Positions 1 to 9,174 of a stretch of 64,000 nt of DNA are shown one piece after another. The stretch is from Lactobacillaceae bacterium (GTDB taxonomy: Bacteria; Pseudomonadota; Alphaproteobacteria; RF32; CAG-239). The translations under genes were made by a program, and so were the position numbers. Location of the stretch: assembly GCA_031271345.1 (NCBI GenBank), contig JAISVX010000003.1, positions 167,374 to 231,373 of the forward strand, in the 5' to 3' direction. Below the pieces are notes generated by a model. That model had not been told where the DNA came from. It made no database searches and saw only the letters and a program-made list of their open reading frames with translations. The stretch's first letter is position 1. Every line of letters begins with the position of its first letter.

Positions 1-228
1 ATTTTTATCTCCGTCGCCGTATCCCATATATTCTTCTACGGTTGTAGCGTTGGCTTCAAGATAGGACTTAAACTCGGCATTTTCTTTTTCCATGTCCTGC
101 GTCAGCCATCTTCTGGCGTCTTCGCCCATAGATTTATACGCGTCGACAGAGATTCCTTTAGAGCTAAGGAAAAGTTGAAGTTCCGCATCAACTTGAATTT
201 CTGGGTTCTTTGTTTCGTCAGCCATTTT
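1..228 (-). CDS. Hypothetical protein; partial ORF whose 3' end runs off the window start
   Basis: Reverse-strand ATG at 226-228 is preceded by GGTGA. It translates as MADETKNPEIQVDAELQLFLSSKGISVDAYKSMGEDARRWLTQDMEKENAEFKSYLEANATTVEEYMGYGDGDKN... and stays open to the window edge. No recognisable family. Confidence 0.4.
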
Positions 229-398
229 ATCACCTTCTTCTTCACCTCGCGAGGAGGAAATTGCTTTTGCTCAATTTAAGATACATACTATTGTTATCAA
301 CCTTAATCGGCAATTTGTAAAGTTACAATTATATTGCTTTTATATTACTATAAAAAAACCTTTTTGTCTAATATTTTTTATTTTCTCTAAATTTTTGA

Positions 399-1361
399 CT
401 ATACTCTTAATTTCTTTAGGAATTCTCCCAGTTTTTTATTTATTCTTATACCGTCTTGCGGAGTAACTTTTATAAATCCGAAAAATCTTGGCTTTATTTT
501 GCCGAAATCTATCGGAGCAAAAGTCGCGGGGTTTGTCGTCAATGCCTTGTATGCGTTTTCCGCATCTTTTTTAGATGTTTTAAAAAAGTTTTTCACAAGT
601 CTTTCAGCGTCGATGGGGAATTTTTTCTCTCTGATTTTAACGATATATTTTTGCGCTCTTTCAGCTCTTTTCTGGTGTTCTTCCATAATTTCTTTTTCAA
701 TTTTTTTCTTTTTCGCTCTAAGCCTGCGTTTTTCATAATCTATTTCGCAGCCTTCAATTTCAATTAGTATCTCAACATAAGAAATCATTGCCAGTTGAAG
801 GTTGTCATCAGTTGTTTTTTCGGCAAAATCAAGAAGCTGCTCGTCAGTGGCTGTCGGGTCAATGCTTGATATTCTGGTCGGGTGCGCCTGAAGCATTACA
901 TCCCATCCCATTAATGTATCGGCGGCAATTTCCTGTGCCATCCTTGGTTTGTATTTGGGATATAAAACTTTTGCATTCAGCGCAAATTTGGGAAGCTTTA
1001 TATTATGTTCCTGAGCCATTGCTTTTATAGCGGATTTGAAGTTTAAATAAGCGTCAAAGAGATTTCGTTCCTGCTCTCTTAAGTTATCGATAAATTCTTC
1101 GTCGCTTTGGCTTTTTAATTCTTCTTCTTTTTTTGCCGCGGCAACAACGGCGCTCATGTTGGTTATATCAACGCTGTCTTCTTCGTCGGTATGGTTTTCA
1201 GAGAATATAAAATCTCTTAAAAGCTGGTCAAACTCATCATCTCCAGCTCCTCCGGGAACATCTTCATCGTTTGTTTTAAAAGATGAGGTGTCCTCAAAAT
1301 CAAAGTCGCCGCCTAAGAAGTCTTTTAAAAGGCTTTCGCTTGTTAAATCATTATCGCTCAC
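399..1361 (-). CDS. Hypothetical acidic protein, 320 aa, no recognisable domain
   Basis: Long ORF in an AT-rich genome. The N-terminus is D/E-rich and the C-terminus is K-rich and coiled-coil-like. No signal peptide. Confidence 0.5.
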   Translation of the reverse strand: MSDNDLTSESLLKDFLGGDFDFEDTSSFKTNDEDVPGGAGDDEFDQLLRDFIFSENHTDEEDSVDITNMSAVVAAAKKEEELKSQSDEEFIDNLREQERNLFDAYLNFKSAIKAMAQEHNIKLPKFALNAKVLYPKYKPRMAQEIAADTLMGWDVMLQAHPTRISSIDPTATDEQLLDFAEKTTDDNLQLAMISYVEILIEIEGCEIDYEKRRLRAKKKKIEKEIMEEHQKRAERAQKYIVKIREKKFPIDAERLVKNFFKTSKKDAENAYKALTTNPATFAPIDFGKIKPRFFGFIKVTPQDGIRINKKLGEFLKKLRV

Positions 1362-1398
1362 TTTTTTCCTCCCGTTTGAAAAATATGCCCTGCGCCTA

Positions 1399-1737
1399 TT
1401 AATTCAAACTTATATTTGAAACAACCCTGCCGTTATTGGTGTCGGCAATAACGATTCTATCTGCAAGGCTGCCGCCGCTTATTACAATATACAGATAATT
1501 ATCTTTTATTAAAACATTTTTTATATTGCTCCCCAAAGGCTGGTCGAGGACAATATTTTCTTCTATAAAAGCTGCGGAAGATTTGTTTTTTGCCGGTATT
1601 AGCGCTGCGAAAATAAAAAGTCCAAAAAAGATGGCAAAAGTTAACGCAAAAACCAATCCCTTCATAATTTTAACGGTTGTCATATCAAAATCCTTGCAAA
1701 TTAATACTTTGAGTGTATTTTTAGCATAATATAACAT
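1399..1737 (-). CDS. Small membrane-anchored hypothetical protein; true start is probably the internal Met (MTTVKIMKGLVF...)
   Basis: Hydrophobic N-terminal segment FALTFAIFFGLFIFAALIP followed by a ~70-aa soluble tail. No homology recognised. Confidence 0.35.
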   Translation of the reverse strand: MLYYAKNTLKVLICKDFDMTTVKIMKGLVFALTFAIFFGLFIFAALIPAKNKSSAAFIEENIVLDQPLGSNIKNVLIKDNYLYIVISGGSLADRIVIADTNNGRVVSNISLN

Positions 1738-1755
1738 AAATTTTATTTTCGCAAA

Positions 1756-2727
1756 ATGAATATAGCAGAATCTAACATATTTTTAAGCCCTGTCGTTTCG
1801 GCTGAAGAAAAAGGCGAGAGGTTGGATAAGTTTTTATCCAATGTTCTGCCTGATATGTCGCGTTCGCAAATCCAGCGTTTAATCGTGTCTGGCTATGTTA
1901 CTTCCGACGATATGACAATTGCCGACAACTCTTTTAAGGTTAAAGAAGGAGATAGTTATCAGGTTTTTGTTCCCGAAGCGGAAGAAGCCGTTCCCGAGCC
2001 GGAAAATATTCCTCTGGACGTGGTGTATGAAGATGAGGATTTAATTGTGGTTAACAAGCCCGCGGGGATGACCGTCCATCCGGCTCCGGGGGTTTACAAG
2101 GGGACGCTGGTTAACGCGCTTTTATATCACTGCAAAGATTTATCAGGTATCGGCGGTGTGAAAAGACCGGGGATTGTTCACAGAATAGACAAGGATACAA
2201 GCGGTTTATTGGTCGTTGCTAAAAATGATTTTGCCCATAGGGCTTTATCCGAACAATTTTTTGACCATTCCGTAGAAAGAACATATTGGGCGATTGTATA
2301 TGGCGTTCCATCTCCGATGAGCGGCAGAATAGAGGGAAATATCGGAAGAAGCTCTTATGATAGAAAAAAAATGGCTGTAATAAATAATGGCGGAAAGCGC
2401 GCCGTGACAAATTATAAAACCTTAAAAATGTTTGGTCAGCTGGCATCTTTGGTCGAGTGTAAACTTGAAACGGGAAGGACTCATCAGATTAGGGTTCATC
2501 TTTCTAGCATAGGTTGTAATTTGATAGGCGATAAGGTTTATGAAAAGTCAAAAAAAACCAGTTTGAGATATAAAAATGAAGAACAGAAACACTATATTGT
2601 CTTCTTTCCAAGGCAAGCTCTGCATGCAAAAACTTTAGGCTTTATTCACCCAAGAACTAAAAAGAGCGTTAGTTATAGTGCTGATTTTCCAGAAGATTTG
2701 TTAGAGCTTGAAGAAGCGTTGATTTAA
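1756..2727 (+). CDS. rluD: 23S rRNA pseudouridine synthase, RluA/RluD family
   Basis: S4-like N-terminus followed by the catalytic motif HRIDKDTSGLLVVAKN. 323 aa, typical RluD length. Confidence 0.85.
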   Translation: MNIAESNIFLSPVVSAEEKGERLDKFLSNVLPDMSRSQIQRLIVSGYVTSDDMTIADNSFKVKEGDSYQVFVPEAEEAVPEPENIPLDVVYEDEDLIVVNKPAGMTVHPAPGVYKGTLVNALLYHCKDLSGIGGVKRPGIVHRIDKDTSGLLVVAKNDFAHRALSEQFFDHSVERTYWAIVYGVPSPMSGRIEGNIGRSSYDRKKMAVINNGGKRAVTNYKTLKMFGQLASLVECKLETGRTHQIRVHLSSIGCNLIGDKVYEKSKKTSLRYKNEEQKHYIVFFPRQALHAKTLGFIHPRTKKSVSYSADFPEDLLELEEALI

Positions 2728-2857
2728 GCGTTTTGCGATAATGATAATTATTATTATGCTTTTATTATATTAGCGTCATCTGATATGTACTAAAGGATAT
2801 GTTGTACTTATTTTTAGTTGTTATAAGATAAACGCAATCTAAAAGAGGATAAAAACT

Positions 2858-3733
2858 ATGAAGTATATCAATGCTCTTAGCAATACGGATTTTTCCCCTG
2901 AACTGAACTTGTCAAGATACCTGCAGACAGTAGCAAGATTTCCCATGCTGTCTCAAGAAGAGGAGCTATATCTGACAACTGCTTACAAAAAAACAAAAGG
3001 GCAGAATGTTGCCTGCAAAATCATCACCTCGCACTTAAAATTAGTTGTTAAAATTGTTTCTCAATACAAAGGATATAAACTTTCCTTAAGCGAGATGATT
3101 TCCGAAGGCAATTTAGGCTTGTTAAATGCTTTGGAAAAATTTGACCCTGAAAAAGGCTATAGATTTTCTACTTATGCAATGTGGTGGATAAGAGCCTATG
3201 TTCAAAAATATATACTAAATTCTTGGTCTTTGGTAAAAATCGGCACGACATCGGCGCAAAAGAAACTGTTTTTCAATTTGCGCAAAATTAAAAACCACCT
3301 GGAGCTTATGGATGACAGACAGCTTTCTGATAACATAATAGAAAAAATCGCAACATCTTTGGATGTTTCTTCGCAGGAAGTAAGGGAAATGAACCAGAGA
3401 ATGAGCGGCAGAGACGGCTCGTTAAATGTTGCGATTGACGCTTCCGAAGAATCTGGAACAGAATTAATAGACTTTCTTTCTGATAAAAGACCAAACCAGG
3501 AAGAAGTTCTTGAAAAGGCGCAAATAACAAACAAAAGAAGAGGGCTGTTCAATGAGGCGGTCAAAATTCTTAATCCCCGCGAAAAAGATATTTTGTTTAA
3601 GCGCAGAATGCTGGACAAAGCTTTGACCTTGGATGAAATAAGCAAAATGTATAACATTTCAAAAGAGCGGGTTAGACAGATTGAGCTTGGCTCAATAAAG
3701 AAAATACAAAAGGTTGTTGCTTCGGCTCAATAA
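2858..3733 (+). CDS. rpoH: RNA polymerase sigma-32 heat-shock factor
   Basis: Sigma-70 region 2 (GYRFSTYAMWWIRAYVQKYIL), the RpoH box QKKLFFNLRK, and a region-4 HTH (ISKMYNISKERVRQIE). RBS AAGAGGA lies upstream. Confidence 0.9.
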   Translation: MKYINALSNTDFSPELNLSRYLQTVARFPMLSQEEELYLTTAYKKTKGQNVACKIITSHLKLVVKIVSQYKGYKLSLSEMISEGNLGLLNALEKFDPEKGYRFSTYAMWWIRAYVQKYILNSWSLVKIGTTSAQKKLFFNLRKIKNHLELMDDRQLSDNIIEKIATSLDVSSQEVREMNQRMSGRDGSLNVAIDASEESGTELIDFLSDKRPNQEEVLEKAQITNKRRGLFNEAVKILNPREKDILFKRRMLDKALTLDEISKMYNISKERVRQIELGSIKKIQKVVASAQ

Positions 3734-3815
3734 TTTTAACACAAACGGATGTTATCTGTTGTTTTTTAAAAACCTTTACTTATACTTTAGTAAAGGTTTT
3801 TTATAGGATTAAATT

Positions 3816-4883
3816 ATGCCAATAAATGATGATACAGAATTAAGCGATAATCTTGAAAATATTGAAGGAAGCGGCGTTTCGGATATTCCTGCAAATGAAA
3901 GCGGGATAAAAAGACGCGTTAATATAGATTTTGACGATTTAGAAGGGCTTGCTTCTTCAAAAGATGTTGAAATAGAACAAGTGAAAATAAAAGATGACGC
4001 AGGAAAAACGGCATATAAGCTGGATGTTAAGCTTAATGATTTAATCAATAAAATTTTTAATCCTTCTCATAATTTCTTTATTATTGTCAGGGATGACAAG
4101 ATAATTTATGCCAACCAGGCTTTTTTGGACGCTGTAGATGTAAAGAATGAAAAGTTAATACATAATAACAAATTTTTTAATTTTATAGTTAAGGAAGACT
4201 GGAATGTTTTGGCAAAAAATATTGGCGAGATGCTGACTGGAGATATATCGGTCAGCGTCAGAATAAACGCTGTAAACAATCGTATCATACCAGTTCAGTT
4301 CAAGGGTCTTTATCTGCCGGACAACAGGCATTTTACTTTTGTACTTATGGGCAAGCGTTCTTATGAAAAAGACGAGGCTCACGGTATGCTTTATGACTCC
4401 GTAATAGGTCTGCCCAACTATTATTTGTTTGAGGACAGGCTTCAAGTCGCGGTTAATAATGAAAACTACTGCAACTCTGAAACTAAAAAAAATTTGGGAG
4501 TGGCGGTTGTTTCAATTGATAATCTGCAAGACTTTGTTCAAAACGGACGCCAGAACATTATACTGCGTAAAATGGCTGAAAAACTTGTGTTTGGTTTGAG
4601 CAAATGCTATACCATAGCCGCGGGCATTAAATATCAATATTGGATTTTAATGCCGGATGTTAAAGATGAAGCGTTTTTGAAAAACGAAGTAAGAAAAATT
4701 TCTCAAATATTTGAACAGGCGGTTAATGACGGCGCCGATAATTTTGAAATGGTGGCAAGTATTGGAGTCAGCATATTCCCAAATCCGTCAAACTCCGCGC
4801 ATAAACTAACGGACAACGCGATAAAAGCGGTTGGCAAGGCTAAAGACAGCGGGGGAAACAAGGTCGTTTTTGCTTTTAGTTAG
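3816..4883 (+). CDS. PAS-like sensor fused to a degenerate GGDEF domain, probably non-catalytic
   Basis: GGDEF-type opening (DSVIGLPNYYLFEDRL) and C-terminal GGDEF-like end (AIKAVGKAKDSGGNKVVF). The GG[DE]EF signature itself is replaced (IAAGIKYQY). The N-terminal half is PAS-like. Confidence 0.55.
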   Translation: MPINDDTELSDNLENIEGSGVSDIPANESGIKRRVNIDFDDLEGLASSKDVEIEQVKIKDDAGKTAYKLDVKLNDLINKIFNPSHNFFIIVRDDKIIYANQAFLDAVDVKNEKLIHNNKFFNFIVKEDWNVLAKNIGEMLTGDISVSVRINAVNNRIIPVQFKGLYLPDNRHFTFVLMGKRSYEKDEAHGMLYDSVIGLPNYYLFEDRLQVAVNNENYCNSETKKNLGVAVVSIDNLQDFVQNGRQNIILRKMAEKLVFGLSKCYTIAAGIKYQYWILMPDVKDEAFLKNEVRKISQIFEQAVNDGADNFEMVASIGVSIFPNPSNSAHKLTDNAIKAVGKAKDSGGNKVVFAFS

Positions 4884-5614
4884 AAAAAAGCTTGTCCTTT
4901 TCGGAGTATTTCGTTCGCTTTGTCCGAATATTCTCCGTTTGAGTTGTGAACGATAAAACTTGAAACAATTGATGTCGCGGCTTTGGAATCTTTTTGCGCT
5001 ATGACAATCACTCTTTTTGCTTCTTGACCTTCTTTCGAATATATCGGAATAATCCTGATATTTCCGAGCTTGCCTTTAATACGGCATAATATTTCGTCAA
5101 GAGCTTCCGCTCTGTTAATCATATAGAAAAAGCCTTTGGGCTTTATCATTTTGATACAAAACTTTATCCATTCGCCTAAGCTGAAATCTGAATGATTATG
5201 CGCCTGAGCCTTGCTTGAGTTGGGCGATGGAAGGTCTTTTTCCGAATAAGGAGGATTTGTTATTACATGGGAAAAAGAACAAAAATCAATGCTTTCGGTT
5301 TTTTTTCTAATATCGCAGTTTATATATTTTAAACTGTCTGAAAAGCCGTTTTCCTTTGAGCTTAGGTTCGATAAATCGCACAATTCTTTTTGCAGTTCCA
5401 GCCCGGTAATTTTCACGCCGTCATTTATATAGCGGTGAGCCAAGCAGAGAGATATGGCTCCAGTTCCCGAGCCGACATCTAAAATTGTGTCGTTTTTCTT
5501 AACTTTAGAAACTACGGAAGACAATATTATAGCGTCTGTAGAAGCTCTATAACCATCTACAGGTTGAAAAATTTTAATTTGCTTATCAAGCAAATAGTCT
5601 TTAGTATAATCCAC
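4880..5614 (-). CDS. SAM-dependent N6-adenine methyltransferase, tRNA1(Val) m6A37 MTase (YfiC/TrmN6)-like
   Basis: SAM-binding motif VLDVGSGTGAISL and catalytic NPPY motif (ITNPPY). 244 aa. Confidence 0.7.
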   Translation of the reverse strand: MDYTKDYLLDKQIKIFQPVDGYRASTDAIILSSVVSKVKKNDTILDVGSGTGAISLCLAHRYINDGVKITGLELQKELCDLSNLSSKENGFSDSLKYINCDIRKKTESIDFCSFSHVITNPPYSEKDLPSPNSSKAQAHNHSDFSLGEWIKFCIKMIKPKGFFYMINRAEALDEILCRIKGKLGNIRIIPIYSKEGQEAKRVIVIAQKDSKAATSIVSSFIVHNSNGEYSDKANEILRKGQAFF

Positions 5615-5661
5615 AGTAAAGTCTCCTCTAATTGAGGTATAGTAAACAGGAATTATAAAAA

Positions 5662-6501
5662 ATGCTAGATAATATTTTGAAGATTGAAAATAAGTTTGAT
5701 GTTTTTATGTTTGATTTATACGGTGTTTTGTGGGATGGGTGCAAGCTGATTAATGAAGCCGACACAATGCTCAAAGAACTTCGCAAGCAGGGAAAAGCTG
5801 TTGTTATACTTTCGAACGCGGCGCTTAGAGCATATTCGCTTGAAGATAAATATGCCGAAAGAGGGCTGATAAAAGGCAGGCATTATGATAAATTTGTAAC
5901 ATCTGGAGAGATGGCTTACGACTATTTCAGCAATGATAAAAAAGAGCTGAAATATTATGTTTTCAGAAAGCCCAATCCGGGGATTTTTACAGACAGCAGA
6001 TATAAAAGAGTTTCAAAAGCCGAAGACGCGGATTTTATCTACGCTGGTCTGCCAAGCATATTGGAAGGGGAGGAGTGGAAAACAACAACCTCTATGGAGC
6101 CTTTTATGGATGAGCTTAATATGTTTAAAAAGCTTAAAAAACCGATGATTTGTATAAATCCAGATTTAAAAACTCCGGCTGGGGATGGAAAGCCTCCGTT
6201 CTTATGCGAAGGTTCTGTCGCTTTGGCATATCAAGAACTGGGCGGCGACGTGGAGTTTATCGGCAAGCCTTATCCAGAGGTTTTTGACTTTGCCTTACAG
6301 GATTACCCGGATACGGATGACAATAGGATACTAATGATAGGTGATACGCTGGAAACAGATATTTTAGGCGCTAATTCTTATGGAATTAAATCTGCGCTGG
6401 TAACTACCGGCATATCTTATGACAATATGATGTCGGAAGGTCTGTCAAATATTAAGGAATACGCCAAGGCGCTTGATATAGAGCCGAATTTCTACTTCTA
6501 A
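5662..6501 (+). CDS. HAD-superfamily hydrolase, subfamily IIA-like
   Basis: Motif I FMFDLYGVLWDG and C-terminal motif MIGDTLETDILGAN. Paralogous to 42697-43668. Confidence 0.7.
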   Translation: MLDNILKIENKFDVFMFDLYGVLWDGCKLINEADTMLKELRKQGKAVVILSNAALRAYSLEDKYAERGLIKGRHYDKFVTSGEMAYDYFSNDKKELKYYVFRKPNPGIFTDSRYKRVSKAEDADFIYAGLPSILEGEEWKTTTSMEPFMDELNMFKKLKKPMICINPDLKTPAGDGKPPFLCEGSVALAYQELGGDVEFIGKPYPEVFDFALQDYPDTDDNRILMIGDTLETDILGANSYGIKSALVTTGISYDNMMSEGLSNIKEYAKALDIEPNFYF

Positions 6502-7446
6502 TTACTTATTTGCCGCTCTGGTAATTCTGTCATTTATTGCCAAGCCGATGCCTTTGCTTGGTATTGGCGCGATTGCTATTTTTGAAAAATTTGTTTGTTT
6601 GTCGGCTAAATGCAGATATGCGAACAGGTTGCTGGCAGCTTCAATTAAGTCGCCGGAAGGACTTAAATCGATATTTGCGTTTGGAGTATCTCCAAAGCCG
6701 ATAAAAAACTCTCCGATTGCAGGGGCGGCTGCGTTTATTCTTAAGCTGCGGCTGGGGGAATAATGTTTCAGCATTTGACCGGGAGCCATAGGTTTATCAG
6801 GGTCGCCGTTTGAAACTAAAACTTTTTCTCCAAGGAAGTTTTCTAAAGTTTCTCTGCTTATATACCCGGCTCTTAGTATAACGGTATCTTTGCCTGTTAA
6901 GTCAACGATTGTTGACTCTAGCCCGACAATGCAGGGACCGCCGTCTAATATCATTTCTACCCTGTCTCCAAGGCTTTCTCTAACATGCTCGGCGGTTGTA
7001 GGGCTGATTGTCGTTGATAAATTTGCCGATGGAGCGGCGATTGGAACATCCGCTTTTTTAATGAGTTCTAAAGCCGCCGGGTGGTTGGGCATTCTGACCG
7101 TTATGGTTCTCAAGCCGGCGCAAACCAGGTCCAGAGCTGGATTGCTCTCAGTTCTGTTTAAGACAAATGTTAAAGGACCGGGCCAAAACCTTTTTGCAAG
7201 AGCTAAAACTCTTCCGTCTGTTTGAGCGTAAGCCGAAAGAAAATCAATATCGGCTATGTGCGATATTAAAGGATTGAAAATTGGTCTTCCTTTAATGCTG
7301 AATATATTTGCCACGGCTTTCGAATTATATACATTAGCTCCCAGTCCGTAAACTGTTTCCGTAGGCATGGCTACAACTCCGCCGTTTTTAATTAATTCGG
7401 CGGCTTTTGCTATATTTTCTTCGTTTGCAATGTATATATTACTCAT
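6502..7446 (-). CDS. tsaC: L-threonylcarbamoyladenylate synthase (Sua5/YrdC/TsaC family, long form with a Sua5 C-domain)
   Basis: YrdC-domain motifs (MPTETVYGLGANVYN; FWPGPLTFVL) plus a ~120-aa C-terminal extension typical of Sua5. Confidence 0.85.
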   Translation of the reverse strand: MSNIYIANEENIAKAAELIKNGGVVAMPTETVYGLGANVYNSKAVANIFSIKGRPIFNPLISHIADIDFLSAYAQTDGRVLALAKRFWPGPLTFVLNRTESNPALDLVCAGLRTITVRMPNHPAALELIKKADVPIAAPSANLSTTISPTTAEHVRESLGDRVEMILDGGPCIVGLESTIVDLTGKDTVILRAGYISRETLENFLGEKVLVSNGDPDKPMAPGQMLKHYSPSRSLRINAAAPAIGEFFIGFGDTPNANIDLSPSGDLIEAASNLFAYLHLADKQTNFSKIAIAPIPSKGIGLAINDRITRAANK

Positions 7447-7449
7447 AAC

Positions 7450-7860
7450 TTATACTTTAAGAATATATGAAATAGCTCTTTCAGCTTCTGGATATTCTTC
7501 TAGCACTTCCAAGTCTGATTTGTCAATGATTTGATATAAAGATTTTTCCTGATTATAAACAAGATAATCGAAATCATCAACGCCGAGAATAATATATTTA
7601 GATTTTATAAATCTTTCTTGTTTCAGATTTATGTCGAGAATATCTCCGGCAAGATTACTTGGCGGATTTATGCCGAATATTTCACCGCCTTTGTAGTTTA
7701 TTCCGTTGATACTTTCCAAAAAATCAATAAAACTGTTTGGGATTGTCGCTATTTTATTTTCTACTAAAGCTCTTTGAGTGTCGGCAATATCGGCTGAGTT
7801 AGGATATAAACCGTGAAGATTTTCAAATTCATGCTCAATAGTATGCACCAAGCGTTTCAT
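7450..7860 (-). CDS. SUKH/SMI1-KNR4-like immunity-type protein, 136 aa
   Basis: SUKH-1-like signatures (IPNSFIDFLESINGINYKGGEIFGI and YIILGVDDFDYLVYNQE). Its ATG directly abuts the stop of the upstream HNH-like gene (TAAATG). Confidence 0.55.
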   Translation of the reverse strand: MKRLVHTIEHEFENLHGLYPNSADIADTQRALVENKIATIPNSFIDFLESINGINYKGGEIFGINPPSNLAGDILDINLKQERFIKSKYIILGVDDFDYLVYNQEKSLYQIIDKSDLEVLEEYPEAERAISYILKV

Positions 7861-9174
7861 TTATCTTCTCCTCATGGATTTTCTCAAAGATTGGATAGAA
7901 AATCTTGCTTTCGCCAAGCTTTTCTGCTCCTTTGGTTTTTGCTCATTTTTATTAAACCTTTCCGCCCGTCTGGCTGCGTGGTCAGATTTTTCTTTTTCAA
8001 TATTCTCCATAATTTTTCTGGCGGCGATTTTTTCTCTTAATTCTTCCGTATCATTGGTTATAAATGAGCCGTCATAATAAAACACGTTGTTTTGCGCCCT
8101 TTTTGTTCTTGGGTCGTTTGTATAATCATAATCGAGCTGCTGAATTGGTGACAATCCGCCGACAAAAACCACATTTTTATTTTTAAATGCCATGCTGTTG
8201 CGCATAAGCCTGCCGTTTTCATTTAACGACTTATCTAATCTATGGATAATTTTTCCATGATAAGGATCGTCAATACATAGACAGAGGTTTTCAAACAGGT
8301 TTATTTCGCCCATTTTAGATTTGCTGTTTGCCTCGTTAACGGCGATTTTATGGTGGACGGATATTCTTGGTCCCTTAATTTCTATCCCGTTCTCATCAAA
8401 AACCCGAAAATTTTCGGACATGCCTTTTGATTTCATATTTTTAACAAGTTCTTTGATATATCTTTTATCAACGCCGACATCTTCCAAAATTTTTACAAAC
8501 GGTTTTTCAAAGTTTTTAATAAAATCTTTTACAAAGCTGTATTTTGCGCCAAGAAACATAGGAGCGTTTTCATCGTCTTCCGCGCGCTTGAACTGGTTGT
8601 GTATGACGTCTGTATAGTCTTCCACAGCCATGTTTTTTAAATCTTGGGGATTTACGCCGCTTTCGCTTAGCTGTCTCTTTACTCTTGTTTCAATGTTTCT
8701 AAAGTTTTTAAACTGTCTGAACAAAAGCCATGACGGAGAAGTTGATAAATCATAATCTTCGGGCTTGTATCTGTTTTTATTACCGGGGTTTTTGCATGCG
8801 CGGCTGTAAAAATCGGATAACAGCTCGGGGTCCGGCTTGGTAGTTGAGCCGTAATAATCCATGCGGATTACTCTCTTTTCGGCTCTTGTTAATGAATTGA
8901 ACTCTTGGGTCTTAAACTCTATTCCGGCTTTGTCCAAGAGGCTCAACAGTTCATCGAACTCTTTTTTGCCTTTCTTCAACTTGTTTCTTTTTGATTCAAA
9001 TGTTTTAAGGATTTCTTTGGTTAGCTCTTTTTCATTATTAAATAATTTTTTCTTTAGCTTTAAGATTTTTATTTTTTCGCTTTTTGTCATGGCGGCAAAG
9101 TCCGCTTCATCAAAGTTTGCGGGCTTTATGAAGTTTATGTAATCATCATAACTTTCTAGCTTATATTCCTCCAC
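7861..9174 (-). CDS. HNH-like nuclease-domain protein, paralog B (437 aa); candidate toxin or effector
   Basis: C-terminal HNH motif SVHHKIAVNEANSKSKMGEINLFENLCLCIDDPYHGKIIH (HH...N...NLxLC.C...H..H). Shares the central block WxxFxxFxNFxNIExxV with 9161-10510. Basic C-terminal tail. Confidence 0.5.
   Translation of the reverse strand: MEEYKLESYDDYINFIKPANFDEADFAAMTKSEKIKILKLKKKLFNNEKELTKEILKTFESKRNKLKKGKKEFDELLSLLDKAGIEFKTQEFNSLTRAEKRVIRMDYYGSTTKPDPELLSDFYSRACKNPGNKNRYKPEDYDLSTSPSWLLFRQFKNFRNIETRVKRQLSESGVNPQDLKNMAVEDYTDVIHNQFKRAEDDENAPMFLGAKYSFVKDFIKNFEKPFVKILEDVGVDKRYIKELVKNMKSKGMSENFRVFDENGIEIKGPRISVHHKIAVNEANSKSKMGEINLFENLCLCIDDPYHGKIIHRLDKSLNENGRLMRNSMAFKNKNVVFVGGLSPIQQLDYDYTNDPRTKRAQNNVFYYDGSFITNDTEELREKIAARKIMENIEKEKSDHAARRAERFNKNEQKPKEQKSLAKARFSIQSLRKSMRRR

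Noticed and set aside
5600-5620. DnaA-box-like TAATCCACA
   Set aside because: Single 8/9 match inside a coding region, with no cluster of boxes or AT-rich DUE nearby, so not an origin.
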